Under the pieces are notes generated by a model. The model made no database searches. It had not been told where the DNA came from and worked only from the letters and a program-made list of their open reading frames with translations. The position numbers were made by a program, and so were the translations under genes. Shown here piece by piece: positions 18,549 to 29,293 of a stretch of DNA of 64,000 bases. The DNA comes from Myxococcota bacterium (GTDB lineage: Bacteria; Myxococcota_A; UBA9160; UBA6930), in NCBI GenBank assembly GCA_965223415.1, contig OZ245002.1, forward strand, positions 4,992,001 to 5,056,000, in the 5' to 3' direction. Positions within the stretch are counted from its first letter, which is position 1; each line of letters begins with the position of its first letter.

Positions 18549-21500
18549 AGGCCGACGTCCGTCACCGAGTGGCCGAACAGGCCATCGACCGCCCTGCGGA
18601 GCGCCGGCGAGGGGTCGACCGCTCGGCTGTCCGGCAGGGCCATCACGGTCTCACTCTCCCCGGGAATCATCAGGTGGAGGAGGACGCTGCAGTCGCCCGC
18701 GTGGTCGCTCAGGACGTCGCCCAGGGCGGTGAGCCGATCGCGACTCGCCTCCTCGGCCCGGATGCGGATGTGCACGCGGGCGGCCAGCCGCTCCTCCGCC
18801 TGGGCCAGCTCGAACACGTCCCGCAGCAGCAGCTTCGGCGGGTCGGCGCTCTCGAGGGTCCCGGTGACGATCAACGGGAGGGCGGCCTGGCTGGCATCGG
18901 CTCCGGACGCGAGCGCCCCTCGCAAGAGCTCCCGGTGGGTGGCGTAGGGCTCGGAGAAGATCACGAGCTCGAAGCCGCCCTCCAGGTCCTCGATCGTGCC
19001 GAAGGCCATGGTCTGGCCGCGCCGGGTGCGGGTCTCTCGCAGCCCGGTGATCAGGCCGCCCACCCGCACCTCGCGCCCCACCCACTCGGCGGCGGTCGTG
19101 GCGCTCGTGTCCGTGAAGCGGCCCAGGGCGGGCAGGTGCTGCTCCAACGGGTGCCCGGTGACGTAGAAGCCGAGTACTTCCTTCTCGTAGCCGAGCCGCT
19201 CCTGGTCGGTCCAGGGGGCTGCCGCCGGCAGCTCCGTCGGCCCGATCAGCTCGTCGGCGGCGTCGCCGAACAGGCTCTCCTGACCGATCTCGCGATCGCG
19301 CTGGGCGGCGGCCCCGGTCTCGAGGGCCGCATCGAGGCCGGCCCACAGGGCGGCCCGGTTCTCGTGGAAGGAATCGAAGGCGCCGCACTTCACCAGGCTC
19401 TCCGCCACGCGCCGGTTGACCCGGCGACCGTCGATGCGCCGGGTGAAGTCGTGGAGCCCCTGGAAGGGGCCTTCGGCCCTGCGCGCCGCCAGGATCGACT
19501 CGATGGCGCCCTCGCCGACGTTCTTCACGCCGGCCAGCCCGAAACGGATGCCCTCGGCCACGGGCGTGAAGTCCCGTTCGGACTCGTTCACGTCGGGCGG
19601 CAGCACCTCGATCTTGCGCTCCTTCGAGTGCGCGATGTAGCGCGAGAGCTTGTCGTGGTTGCCGGCCTCGATCGAGAGCAGGGCCGCCAGGAACTCGCGC
19701 GGGTGGTTCGCCTTCAGGTAGGCGGTCTGGTAGGTGAGGTAGGCGTAGGCGGTCGAGTGGGCCTTCGGGAAGCCGTAGCCGGCGAACTCGGCCATCAGGG
19801 TGAAGAGCTCGTCGGCCTTCTTCGGGTCGATGCCGTTCTGCCGCGCGCCGCCTACGAACTTGTCCCGGTGCTTGGCCATCTCCTCGGGCTTCTTCTTGCC
19901 CATGGCCCGCCTCAGCAGGTCCGCCTCGCCGAGCGTGTAGCCGCCCAGACGGTTGGCGATCTGCAGCACCTGGTCCTGGTAGACGATGACGCCGAGGGTC
20001 TCCTCCAGCAGCTCCTCGAGCTCCGGGACGAGGTACTCCACCTTCGTCACGCCGTGCTTGCGGGAGACGTAGTCGTCCACCATCCCGGAGCCGAGCGGTC
20101 CGGGGCGGTAGAGGGCGATGAGCGGGATCACCTCCTTGAAGCTCCGGGGCTTGAGCTTCGAGACCAGGTCGGTCATGCCCGAGGACTCCATCTGGAAGAC
20201 GCCCTCGGTATCGCCCTGGCACAAGAGGTCATAGCTGGGCTCGTCGTCCAGCGGGATCGTCTCGATGGAGAAGTCCGGGAAACCGCCGGCGCGGATGTGC
20301 TTCTCGGCGCCCGCGATGATCGTGAGCGTGCGCAGGCCCAGGAAGTCGAACTTGATCAGGCCGACCTTCTCGACGCATCGCATGTCGTACTGGGTCATCA
20401 CGTCGCCGGTCTTCGAGTCCCGGTAGAGCGGGACCATCTCGATCAGCGGTCGCGTCCCGATCACGACCCCGGCGGCGTGGGTGGAGGCGTGGCGGGTCAG
20501 TCCCTCGAGCTTGCGAGCCGTCGCGAGGAGCTTCGCCACCTGGCCGTCCGCCTCGCCGCGGGTGCGCAGCTCCGGGCTCTGCTCGAGGGCCTGGTCCAGG
20601 CTGATGCCGAGGGTCTCGGGGACGAGCTTGGCGATCCGGTCCACGTCGCCGTAGGGGATGCCGAGCACCCGGCCCACGTCCCGGATCGCGGCCCGGGCCT
20701 GCAGGGTCCCGAAGGTGATGATCTGGGAGACCCGGCGGCCGTCGTCGCCCCGATCCGGCTCGTCGTACTTGTTCGAGACGTAGCGGATCACCTCCTCGCG
20801 CCCGCGCATGCAGAAGTCCACGTCGATGTCCGGCATGGAGACCCGCTCGGGGTTCAGGAAACGCTCGAAGATGATGTCGTACTCGATCGGATCGACACCG
20901 GTAATGTCGAGGCTGTAGGCTGCCAGGCTGCCTGCCGAGGAGCCCCGCCCCGGGCCCACCGGGATGCCGTGGCGCTTCGCGTAGCCGATGAAGTCCGCGA
21001 CGATCAGGAAGTAGCCGGCGAAGCCCATCTGCTGGATCACGCCCAGCTCGTACTCGAGGCGCTTGGTGTAGCCCTCGTGCTTGCCCTCGAAGGGTTGGTC
21101 GGGCTCCATGCCGAGGCGCCGCCGCAGCCCCTCCCAGGCGTCCCGCTCCAAGACCTCCTCGCGGGTCAGGCCGGCGGGCACCTGGAACTCGGGCATGTGG
21201 TAGGTGTCCATCGACAGCTCGAGATCGCAGCGCTCGGCGATCTCCATGGCGTTGTGCACCGCCTGGGGGTGGTCGTGGAAGACCTCGAGCATCTCCTCGC
21301 CGCTCTTGACGAAGAAGCCCTGGCCGTCGAAGCGGAGCCGGTTCGTGTCGTCCAGGTTCGACGCGGTGCCGATACAGAGCAGCGCGTCGTGGTGGTCGTG
21401 GTCGTGCTCCTCCAGGTAGTGGGCGTCGTTGGTGGCGAGGAGCGGGAGGCGCAGGTCGGAGTGCATCTTCAGCAGCTCCGCGTTGACCCGATCCTGGTCC

Positions 21501-22057
21501 GGGATGCCGTGGCGCTGGAGCTCCAGGTAGTAGCGGTCCTTGAAGGTCTCCGAGAGCTCCTCCACGAGCCGCCAGGCCGTGTCCATCTCGCCGCCCAGGA
21601 TGCGGCGGCACACGAGGGACGAGAGGCAGCCGCTGGTCGTGATCAGCCCCTCGCTGTGCTTCTTCAGCAGGTCGAGGTCGATGCGGGGCTTGTAGTAGAA
21701 GCCCTCCAGGTAGGCCTTCGAGATCAGGAACATCAGGTTGTGGTACCCGGTCTCGTTCATGGCCAGGAGCAGCTGGTGGCTGATGGCGTCGAAGCCGCTG
21801 GCGTCGCGCTCGCGCTTCTCCTTGTCGAAGCGCGAGCCGGCGGCGATGTAGGCTTCACAGCCGATGATGGGCTTCACGCCGTTCGCCCGCGCCTTCTCGT
21901 AGAACTCCACGGCCCCGAACAGGTTGCCGTGGTCGGTCATGGCGATGGCTTCCTGGCCGAGCGCCTTCACCCGCTCGAAGAGCGGGTTGTGCTTGATGGC
22001 GCCGTCGAGGAGCGAGTACTGGGTGTGGAGGTGGAGGTGCGCGAAGGGAACGGTCAT
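18545..22057 (-). CDS. dnaE: DNA polymerase III alpha subunit
   Basis: HLHLHTQYSLLDGA, GRGSSAGS, MPDIDVDF, KFDFLGL. Confidence 0.98.
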   Translation of the reverse strand: MTVPFAHLHLHTQYSLLDGAIKHNPLFERVKALGQEAIAMTDHGNLFGAVEFYEKARANGVKPIIGCEAYIAAGSRFDKEKRERDASGFDAISHQLLLAMNETGYHNLMFLISKAYLEGFYYKPRIDLDLLKKHSEGLITTSGCLSSLVCRRILGGEMDTAWRLVEELSETFKDRYYLELQRHGIPDQDRVNAELLKMHSDLRLPLLATNDAHYLEEHDHDHHDALLCIGTASNLDDTNRLRFDGQGFFVKSGEEMLEVFHDHPQAVHNAMEIAERCDLELSMDTYHMPEFQVPAGLTREEVLERDAWEGLRRRLGMEPDQPFEGKHEGYTKRLEYELGVIQQMGFAGYFLIVADFIGYAKRHGIPVGPGRGSSAGSLAAYSLDITGVDPIEYDIIFERFLNPERVSMPDIDVDFCMRGREEVIRYVSNKYDEPDRGDDGRRVSQIITFGTLQARAAIRDVGRVLGIPYGDVDRIAKLVPETLGISLDQALEQSPELRTRGEADGQVAKLLATARKLEGLTRHASTHAAGVVIGTRPLIEMVPLYRDSKTGDVMTQYDMRCVEKVGLIKFDFLGLRTLTIIAGAEKHIRAGGFPDFSIETIPLDDEPSYDLLCQGDTEGVFQMESSGMTDLVSKLKPRSFKEVIPLIALYRPGPLGSGMVDDYVSRKHGVTKVEYLVPELEELLEETLGVIVYQDQVLQIANRLGGYTLGEADLLRRAMGKKKPEEMAKHRDKFVGGARQNGIDPKKADELFTLMAEFAGYGFPKAHSTAYAYLTYQTAYLKANHPREFLAALLSIEAGNHDKLSRYIAHSKERKIEVLPPDVNESERDFTPVAEGIRFGLAGVKNVGEGAIESILAARRAEGPFQGLHDFTRRIDGRRVNRRVAESLVKCGAFDSFHENRAALWAGLDAALETGAAAQRDREIGQESLFGDAADELIGPTELPAAAPWTDQERLGYEKEVLGFYVTGHPLEQHLPALGRFTDTSATTAAEWVGREVRVGGLITGLRETRTRRGQTMAFGTIEDLEGGFELVIFSEPYATHRELLRGALASGADASQAALPLIVTGTLESADPPKLLLRDVFELAQAEERLAARVHIRIRAEEASRDRLTALGDVLSDHAGDCSVLLHLMIPGESETVMALPDSRAVDPSPALRRAVDGLFGHSVTDVGL

Positions 22058-22064
22058 CCGCGCG

Positions 22065-23660
22065 CTACTCCCACTCGATGGTGGCGGGAGGCTTCGAGGA
22101 GATGTCGTACACGACGCGGTTGACCCCCTGGACCTCGTTCGTGATGCGGTTCGAGACCGCGGCCAGCATGTCGTCCGGCAGCCGGGACCAATCGGCCGTC
22201 ATCGCGTCGATGGAGCTGACACAGCGGAGCGCGATGCAGTTCTCGTAGGTACGCGCGTCGCCCATCACGCCGACGCTCTGGATCGGGAGGAACACCGCGA
22301 AGGCCTGCCAGATGGCGTCGTAGAGGCCGGCCCGCCGGATCTCCTCGATCAGGATCGCGTCGGCCTGGCGCAGGATGGCCAGGCGCTCCCGGGTGACCTC
22401 CCCCATGATGCGGATGGCCAGGCCCGGCCCGGGGAACGGGTGGCGCCCGACAATCTCCTCCGGCAGGCCGAGGGTCCGCCCCGCCTCCCGGACCTCGTCC
22501 TTGAAGAGCTCGCGCAGCGGCTCGACCAGCTCGAGGTGCATGCGCTCGGGCAGGCCGCCCACGTTGTGGTGGGTCTTGATCGTCGCCGAGGGCCCGCGCA
22601 CCGAGACGCTCTCGATCACGTCCGGGTACAGGGTGCCCTGGACCAGGAAGTCCGCTCCGCCGAGCTTCCTGGCCTGCTCCTCGAAGACGTCGATGAAGAG
22701 GTGGCCGATGATCCGGCGCTTCCGCTCCGGGTCGGTGACATCGGTGAGCAGCCGCAGGAAGCGCTCGCTGGCATCCACGGTAACGAGGGGGATGCCCAGG
22801 TGCTCGCCGAAGGCGCGCTCCACCTCCTCCCGCTCGCCCTGCCGCAGGAGCCCGTGGTCGACGAAGATGCAGGTCTGCCGCTCGCCGATGGCGCGGTGCA
22901 CGAGCGCCGCGGCGACGGAGGAGTCGACGCCGCCCGAGAGGCCGCAGATCACCCTGCCCTCGCCCACCTGGGTGCGCACCGCGTCGCAGGCCTCTTCGAC
23001 GAAGGCATCCATGGTCCAGCTGCACTCGCAGCCGCAGATGCCGTGGACGAAGTTGCGGAGGATCCGGTCCCCCTCCTCGGTGTGGACCACCTCCGGGTGG
23101 AACTGGAGGCCGAAGATCGGCCGGTCCCGGTGCCCCACCGCGGCGAAGGGCGAGCTCTCGCTGGTCGCCAGCACCTCGAAGCCCTCCGGGAGCCGCAGCA
23201 CCCGGTCGCCGTGGCTCATCCAGACCGTCCGCTCCGCGCCGCCGTTCAGCCCCGCGAACAGCGGGTGCTCCGCGCTCTTCAGCTTGAGGAGCGCCCGGCC
23301 GTATTCGTGGTCGTCGGCGCTCTCGACCAGCCCGCCGAGCTGGTGGGCCAGGAGCTGGAGGCCGTAGCAGATCCCGAGGGTCGGAAGACCCAGCTCGAGC
23401 ACCGCCGGGGCGATCCGCGGGGCGTCCTCCGCCAGGACACTCGCCGGCCCGCCGGAGAGCACGAGCCCGGCAGGGCGCCAGGCACGGACCTCCTCCGCCG
23501 AGAGCGTCGGCGGATGGATCTCGCAGTACACCTGCTGCTCCCGGATGCGGCGGGCGATCAGCTGGGTGTACTGGGAGCCGAAGTCCAGAATCAGGATGCG
23601 GTCGCGGTGTGAGCCGGACGGTGCGCTCTCGGTGCGGTCTCGGTGGGCGTCGGTCGACAA
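22065..23660 (-). CDS. guaA: GMP synthase (glutamine-hydrolysing)
   Basis: [29 protein letters not shown]. Confidence 0.98.
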   Translation of the reverse strand: MSTDAHRDRTESAPSGSHRDRILILDFGSQYTQLIARRIREQQVYCEIHPPTLSAEEVRAWRPAGLVLSGGPASVLAEDAPRIAPAVLELGLPTLGICYGLQLLAHQLGGLVESADDHEYGRALLKLKSAEHPLFAGLNGGAERTVWMSHGDRVLRLPEGFEVLATSESSPFAAVGHRDRPIFGLQFHPEVVHTEEGDRILRNFVHGICGCECSWTMDAFVEEACDAVRTQVGEGRVICGLSGGVDSSVAAALVHRAIGERQTCIFVDHGLLRQGEREEVERAFGEHLGIPLVTVDASERFLRLLTDVTDPERKRRIIGHLFIDVFEEQARKLGGADFLVQGTLYPDVIESVSVRGPSATIKTHHNVGGLPERMHLELVEPLRELFKDEVREAGRTLGLPEEIVGRHPFPGPGLAIRIMGEVTRERLAILRQADAILIEEIRRAGLYDAIWQAFAVFLPIQSVGVMGDARTYENCIALRCVSSIDAMTADWSRLPDDMLAAVSNRITNEVQGVNRVVYDISSKPPATIEWE

Positions 23661-23736
23661 GGGGGAATCCCTGCTGGGCCCACCGGGAGGACGGCGGGCG
23701 GTGGTGCGGGGCGTCGGGCGGGGGGCCGGCGGAGAC

Positions 23737-25330
<1,594 letters not shown>

Positions 25331-25383
25331 GCCGGGGGCCCCATTCGCTTCCTCGATCGGGCCGGCTCGGCGTGGAGCGCCCG

Positions 25384-25806
25384 CTAGATCAGGCGGTCGA
25401 GCCCGCTGCGGAGGGTGCTGGCGAGATCGCGGAGGATCGCCTCCAGGATTCGCGTCGCGGCGCGCGGTGCGTCGTCGGACAGGCGCAGGAAGGCGCTGCG
25501 AGGGAAGAGCAGCACCCGGGAGGCCTCGGCCGCCGCCGCGGTGAGCTCCCGGCGACCGAGGGCGGCCAGAGAGGTACCGCCCAGGTGCCGGCCGGCGGGC
25601 AGCGTGACGAGCTCGCCCACCCGGGCGCTCGAGAGCAGCAGCGAGCCCAGGGCCACCAGCACCAGCCCGTCGGCCTCGTCGCCCTCCTCCACCACGATCT
25701 CACCCATGCCGAGCTCCCGCGCCTCGACGAGATCGCTCACCATGGCGAGCTCCTCCTCGCTCAGCTCCGCGAAGGGCGCGAAGCGCTTGAGATCGGCGCC
25801 GTTCAT
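25384..25806 (-). CDS. cyclic-nucleotide-binding (cNMP) domain protein, degenerate
   Basis: LKRFAPFAELSEEEL...IVVEEGDEADGL...; ATGA overlap with the upstream gene. Confidence 0.8.
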   Translation of the reverse strand: MNGADLKRFAPFAELSEEELAMVSDLVEARELGMGEIVVEEGDEADGLVLVALGSLLLSSARVGELVTLPAGRHLGGTSLAALGRRELTAAAAEASRVLLFPRSAFLRLSDDAPRAATRILEAILRDLASTLRSGLDRLI

Positions 25807-27344
25807 GGCAGGACCCGTCCCAGCATGGTGCCCAGCAAGGCGACCGGGTCGCGCTCGCCCTCCAGCGGCAGCAGGAAGACCGAGGCCTGATCGAGGAGGC
25901 CGAGGCTTGGCTCCAGCTCCGCCCGCGCGAGCTTCTCGCCCTTCGGCAGCACGATCACGTGGAAGACCCGGGCTTCCGGGCCCCGGCTGCGGATCTGCTC
26001 GACCAACGGCCGCAGCCGCTCCTCGTCCTCGTGATGGGGCCAGCGCATGAGCAGCAGGGTGCCGAGGGCACCGTGGGTCAGGGCGGGCCAGCAGGCGGCG
26101 TAGCGCGGGTCGCTCGGCACCTGAAGGAGCTGGACCATCAGGCCCTCGCCGACCTCGATGCGTCCCAGCACCGCCACGTCTTCCGGGCGGTACTCGCCCG
26201 AGCCACCGGGCTCCATGCGCACGCCCGGCAGGGCCGCGAGCACGCGGACGAAGTCCCGGGTCCCCGCCGGGTCCGCCGCCGCCAGCAGCAGCTTGGCCTC
26301 CTTGGCCGCGCTGCCTCGGGGCCGACCCGCCTGCAGCCACTCCCGCAGGCGCCGCTTCTGGGCGGTATCGAAGAGGCCCTCGAGGCTGCCCGCCTCGCCT
26401 TGCTCGGCCTCGCGGCGCAGCTGGACGAGCCCGCGCTCGCAGAGGGTCTGGAGGGTGCGGAGCACCTGGTAGTCCGGGAAGCTGGTCCGGTCGAGCAGGT
26501 CGCCGACCCGCTCGTCGCGCTCGAGCAGGCCCAAGAGCTCCTGGGTCACCGGGTGGAGCGCGGAGGGCAGCTCCTCGCGCGGCACGGCCAGGCTCACCCG
26601 AGCGGAGGTCGGCGGCAGGGACTCGCGCAGCTGGTCCCACTCGTCGAGCTGGCGCAGCGCCTCCATCAGGAGGGCCCGTGTCGGCGTGGTGATCCGCGGC
26701 GCCATGGTCACCGTGCCCGGCGTGAAGGCGAAGCGGCCCTCCCGCCAGGAGAGCATGCGGAAGAGCGCCTTCTCGCCCTCCACCCGGCCCGCGGTCGCCT
26801 GCACCAGGTTGCCGTCGCGCAGGATCAGGGCGCCCTGCTCGTCCTGGTGGCCGCCCTCCTCCCGGGCCAGCTCGATCGTCCCGGTCCGTCGGTTCATGTG
26901 GAAGAGCTGGAGCAGATCGGTGAGCGGGATCTGGGCGAGCTTGCCCTGGACCTCCTGCTGGGCTTCCGCTTCGCGCTCCACCGCGTCGATGCGCTCGCGC
27001 TGGGCCAGGATCGCTTCGATTCGCAGGGCCACGTCCTCCGCCGAAGCGGACGGCGGCAGGGCGTCGTCGAAGAAGCCGCCGTTGATCGGGTCGTCGCCGA
27101 GGAAGAGGAAGCGAACCCCTTGGGTCCGCGGGTTGGCCCTTAGGATCTTCGCGAGGGTGCCGGCATCGATCAGCTCCAGATCGACCGGCGCCACCAGGAC
27201 GTCGGGCACGTCCGCCAGCGCGGCCTCGAGGGCGGCCGCGCCGGTCCGCACGCAGCTCGTCGCGTAGCCGCGGGCGGCGCAGGCGTCCGCGAGCTGGCGC
27301 GCCCGGCTGGGCAGGCTCTCGGCGATGAGGATCGCGCTACTCAC
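25803..27344 (-). CDS. pseudo-receiver + DUF4388 + degenerate small-GTPase-like domain protein
   Basis: REC-like N-terminus; GKLAQIPLTDLLQLFHMNRRTGTIEL (DUF4388); C-terminal LGRIEV...LLQVPSDPRYAACWPALTHGALG. Confidence 0.75.
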   Translation of the reverse strand: MSSAILIAESLPSRARQLADACAARGYATSCVRTGAAALEAALADVPDVLVAPVDLELIDAGTLAKILRANPRTQGVRFLFLGDDPINGGFFDDALPPSASAEDVALRIEAILAQRERIDAVEREAEAQQEVQGKLAQIPLTDLLQLFHMNRRTGTIELAREEGGHQDEQGALILRDGNLVQATAGRVEGEKALFRMLSWREGRFAFTPGTVTMAPRITTPTRALLMEALRQLDEWDQLRESLPPTSARVSLAVPREELPSALHPVTQELLGLLERDERVGDLLDRTSFPDYQVLRTLQTLCERGLVQLRREAEQGEAGSLEGLFDTAQKRRLREWLQAGRPRGSAAKEAKLLLAAADPAGTRDFVRVLAALPGVRMEPGGSGEYRPEDVAVLGRIEVGEGLMVQLLQVPSDPRYAACWPALTHGALGTLLLMRWPHHEDEERLRPLVEQIRSRGPEARVFHVIVLPKGEKLARAELEPSLGLLDQASVFLLPLEGERDPVALLGTMLGRVLP

Positions 27345-27373
27345 CGATCGGGTTCTCCATCTCCCGGCTCGCG

Positions 27374-29293
27374 CTACTCACCGATCGGAATCCCAAGGTC
27401 GTGGCCCAGCTGGAAGGCCAGCTGCTCGACCACCACCGGATCGGAGGTGTGGAAGGTGGTGGCGTCGTCGGCGCTGCCGTCTTGCAGGAACGCATACGAG
27501 GCTCCCTCGCCCATGTAGACGAGGAAGGGCTGCTCGCGGGTGCCGGAGCTCGGCGCCACCCACGTGACCGGAACGCCCGGCATCAGCTGCTCGTCGCGCT
27601 CGGCGAAGAGGAAGACGTCCGTGTGGGGCGTGGTGCCGCGCAGCTGCTCCAGGCCCCCGCGCAGGGAGCCGGCCTCGCCGCCGGGCGGCGCCAGGAAGAG
27701 CAGCCCCCGCTGATGGGGATTGCGGCTCACCTCGTCGAGAAGGAAGCGCGCCATCTGGTCGCCGAGCTCCCCGCGCCCTTCGTCGCCTTCGGCCAGGAGG
27801 CTCTCCAGGAGCCGCCGGAAGGGGACCTCCTCCAGCTCGTAGCGGCGGAGCAGGCTCTTGCGGTCCTCCTCGATGCGCCGCTCGAGGCAGGCGTGCAGGG
27901 AGGTCCGGTCGACACCGTTCGACGGGAAGGTGGCCATGGCGGAAAGGACCACGGGCCGGTCGTCGCCCAGCTCCCGGAGCGCCGGACTGCGCTCCACCGC
28001 CGTCCGCAGCCGCCGCTTCGCCACCGCCGAGCCCAGGCTGTCGCACTCGGGCAGCATGACCAGGTACTCGTGGTCGCTCTGGGTCGCCAGCAGGTCGGTG
28101 ACCCGCACCGCCTTCTCCAGATCGGCCACCACCGCCTGGATCCAGGCGCTGAACTCCCGCAGCGAGAGGCGCTCGCGCACGGGGCCGATCGGGTCCAGCT
28201 GCATGCGCACGAGCGAGACACTGCGGCCGAAGCGCTTGGCCTTCTGGAGCTCGTGGTGGAGCACGTCGTCGAGGTAGGCGCCGGTGTAGGCGCGAGTGGT
28301 CGGGTCCTTGAAGGAGCGTCGCTCGAGGGACTGGAACTCGATCGCGTTGGCCAGCGCCTGGCTCGCGAACAGCGCGAAGCGCTCGGCCACCTCCCGGTCG
28401 GCCGCGTCGAATTCGGCGCCGTCGAGCCGGTCGGTCAGGCGCAGCACACCCAGCAAGCGGCCGTCGTGGCGAAGGGAGACGTAGAGCGGGGCCCGGGACG
28501 CACCGGTGCCCTCCGGCTGCAGCGAGCGGCAGCCCGGGTCCCGGAGTGGCTGGAGCGCTTCGGGCAGGCGATCCAGGACGAGCTGCGTCTCCTCCTCGTC
28601 GACCCGCACCAGGCCGCCCACGCCGCACAGCTCGAGTGCCCGCGGCGGGTCCCCGTCCGCGAGCCAGGCGACCCCGGCGTGGGCGTTCGTCTCCAGGCAG
28701 AGCACCTCGACCACGCGATCGGCCAGGGGCTCCAGCGAAAGCGTCGAGAACAAGCTCAGCGCTCGCTCGTACTGGGCGAAGTGGCCCATGAAGGACAGAT
28801 TCTCGGCGACCAGGCGGTCGTGCTCGGCGTGCATGGCCCGGCGTTCGAGCACGCCGTCGATCGCGCGCAGCAGCGAGGTGCGGTCGATGGGCTTGAGCAG
28901 GTAGTCCGTCGCACCGAGCCGCATCGCTTCCACGGCGGTCTTCACGTCGCCCACGCTGGTGACCACCACCACGTCCTGCTCCGGCCAGCGCTCCTTCACC
29001 TGGCGGACGAGCTCGCGGCCGTCCATCTCGGGCATCACCAGATCCGTGAGGACCAGGTCGACCGGCTCCTCCTCCATCAGGGCGAGGGCCTCGGCGCCGC
29101 TTCCGGCCGTGACGACCTCGAAGTCTTCCTGCTGAAGGAGGTCCTCGAGGAACACCCGGAAGTAGAGCTGGTCGTCGACCGCGAGGATGCGCGCCTGGTT
29201 CAAGGCTCTTGCCTCGCGTGATGGGTCCGGGCCTGGTTCAAGGATCACCCCTCCCGGATCCTGTCCGGGCATGGTTCGTAGGCCCTTCCTCAC
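27374..29293 (-). CDS. response regulator REC-GAF-degenerate GGDEF protein
   Basis: ILAVDD...TDLVMP...LLKP receiver, GAF segment, DPTTRAY...RVTDLLATQSDHEY. True start may be TTG at 29203. Confidence 0.8.
   Translation of the reverse strand: MRKGLRTMPGQDPGGVILEPGPDPSREARALNQARILAVDDQLYFRVFLEDLLQQEDFEVVTAGSGAEALALMEEEPVDLVLTDLVMPEMDGRELVRQVKERWPEQDVVVVTSVGDVKTAVEAMRLGATDYLLKPIDRTSLLRAIDGVLERRAMHAEHDRLVAENLSFMGHFAQYERALSLFSTLSLEPLADRVVEVLCLETNAHAGVAWLADGDPPRALELCGVGGLVRVDEEETQLVLDRLPEALQPLRDPGCRSLQPEGTGASRAPLYVSLRHDGRLLGVLRLTDRLDGAEFDAADREVAERFALFASQALANAIEFQSLERRSFKDPTTRAYTGAYLDDVLHHELQKAKRFGRSVSLVRMQLDPIGPVRERLSLREFSAWIQAVVADLEKAVRVTDLLATQSDHEYLVMLPECDSLGSAVAKRRLRTAVERSPALRELGDDRPVVLSAMATFPSNGVDRTSLHACLERRIEEDRKSLLRRYELEEVPFRRLLESLLAEGDEGRGELGDQMARFLLDEVSRNPHQRGLLFLAPPGGEAGSLRGGLEQLRGTTPHTDVFLFAERDEQLMPGVPVTWVAPSSGTREQPFLVYMGEGASYAFLQDGSADDATTFHTSDPVVVEQLAFQLGHDLGIPIGE

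Noticed and set aside
18569..22123. Very long antisense or alternate-frame ORFs (also 45907-48987, 55684-58884, 41520-44198)
   Set aside because: Shadows of well-recognised genes in a GC-rich genome; no motifs of their own.
23661..23736. Bridge ORF between guaB and guaA (also ihfA to merR, 10527-10571)
   Set aside because: No start codon at the upstream stop leads to a stop at the downstream start; recorded as counter-examples.
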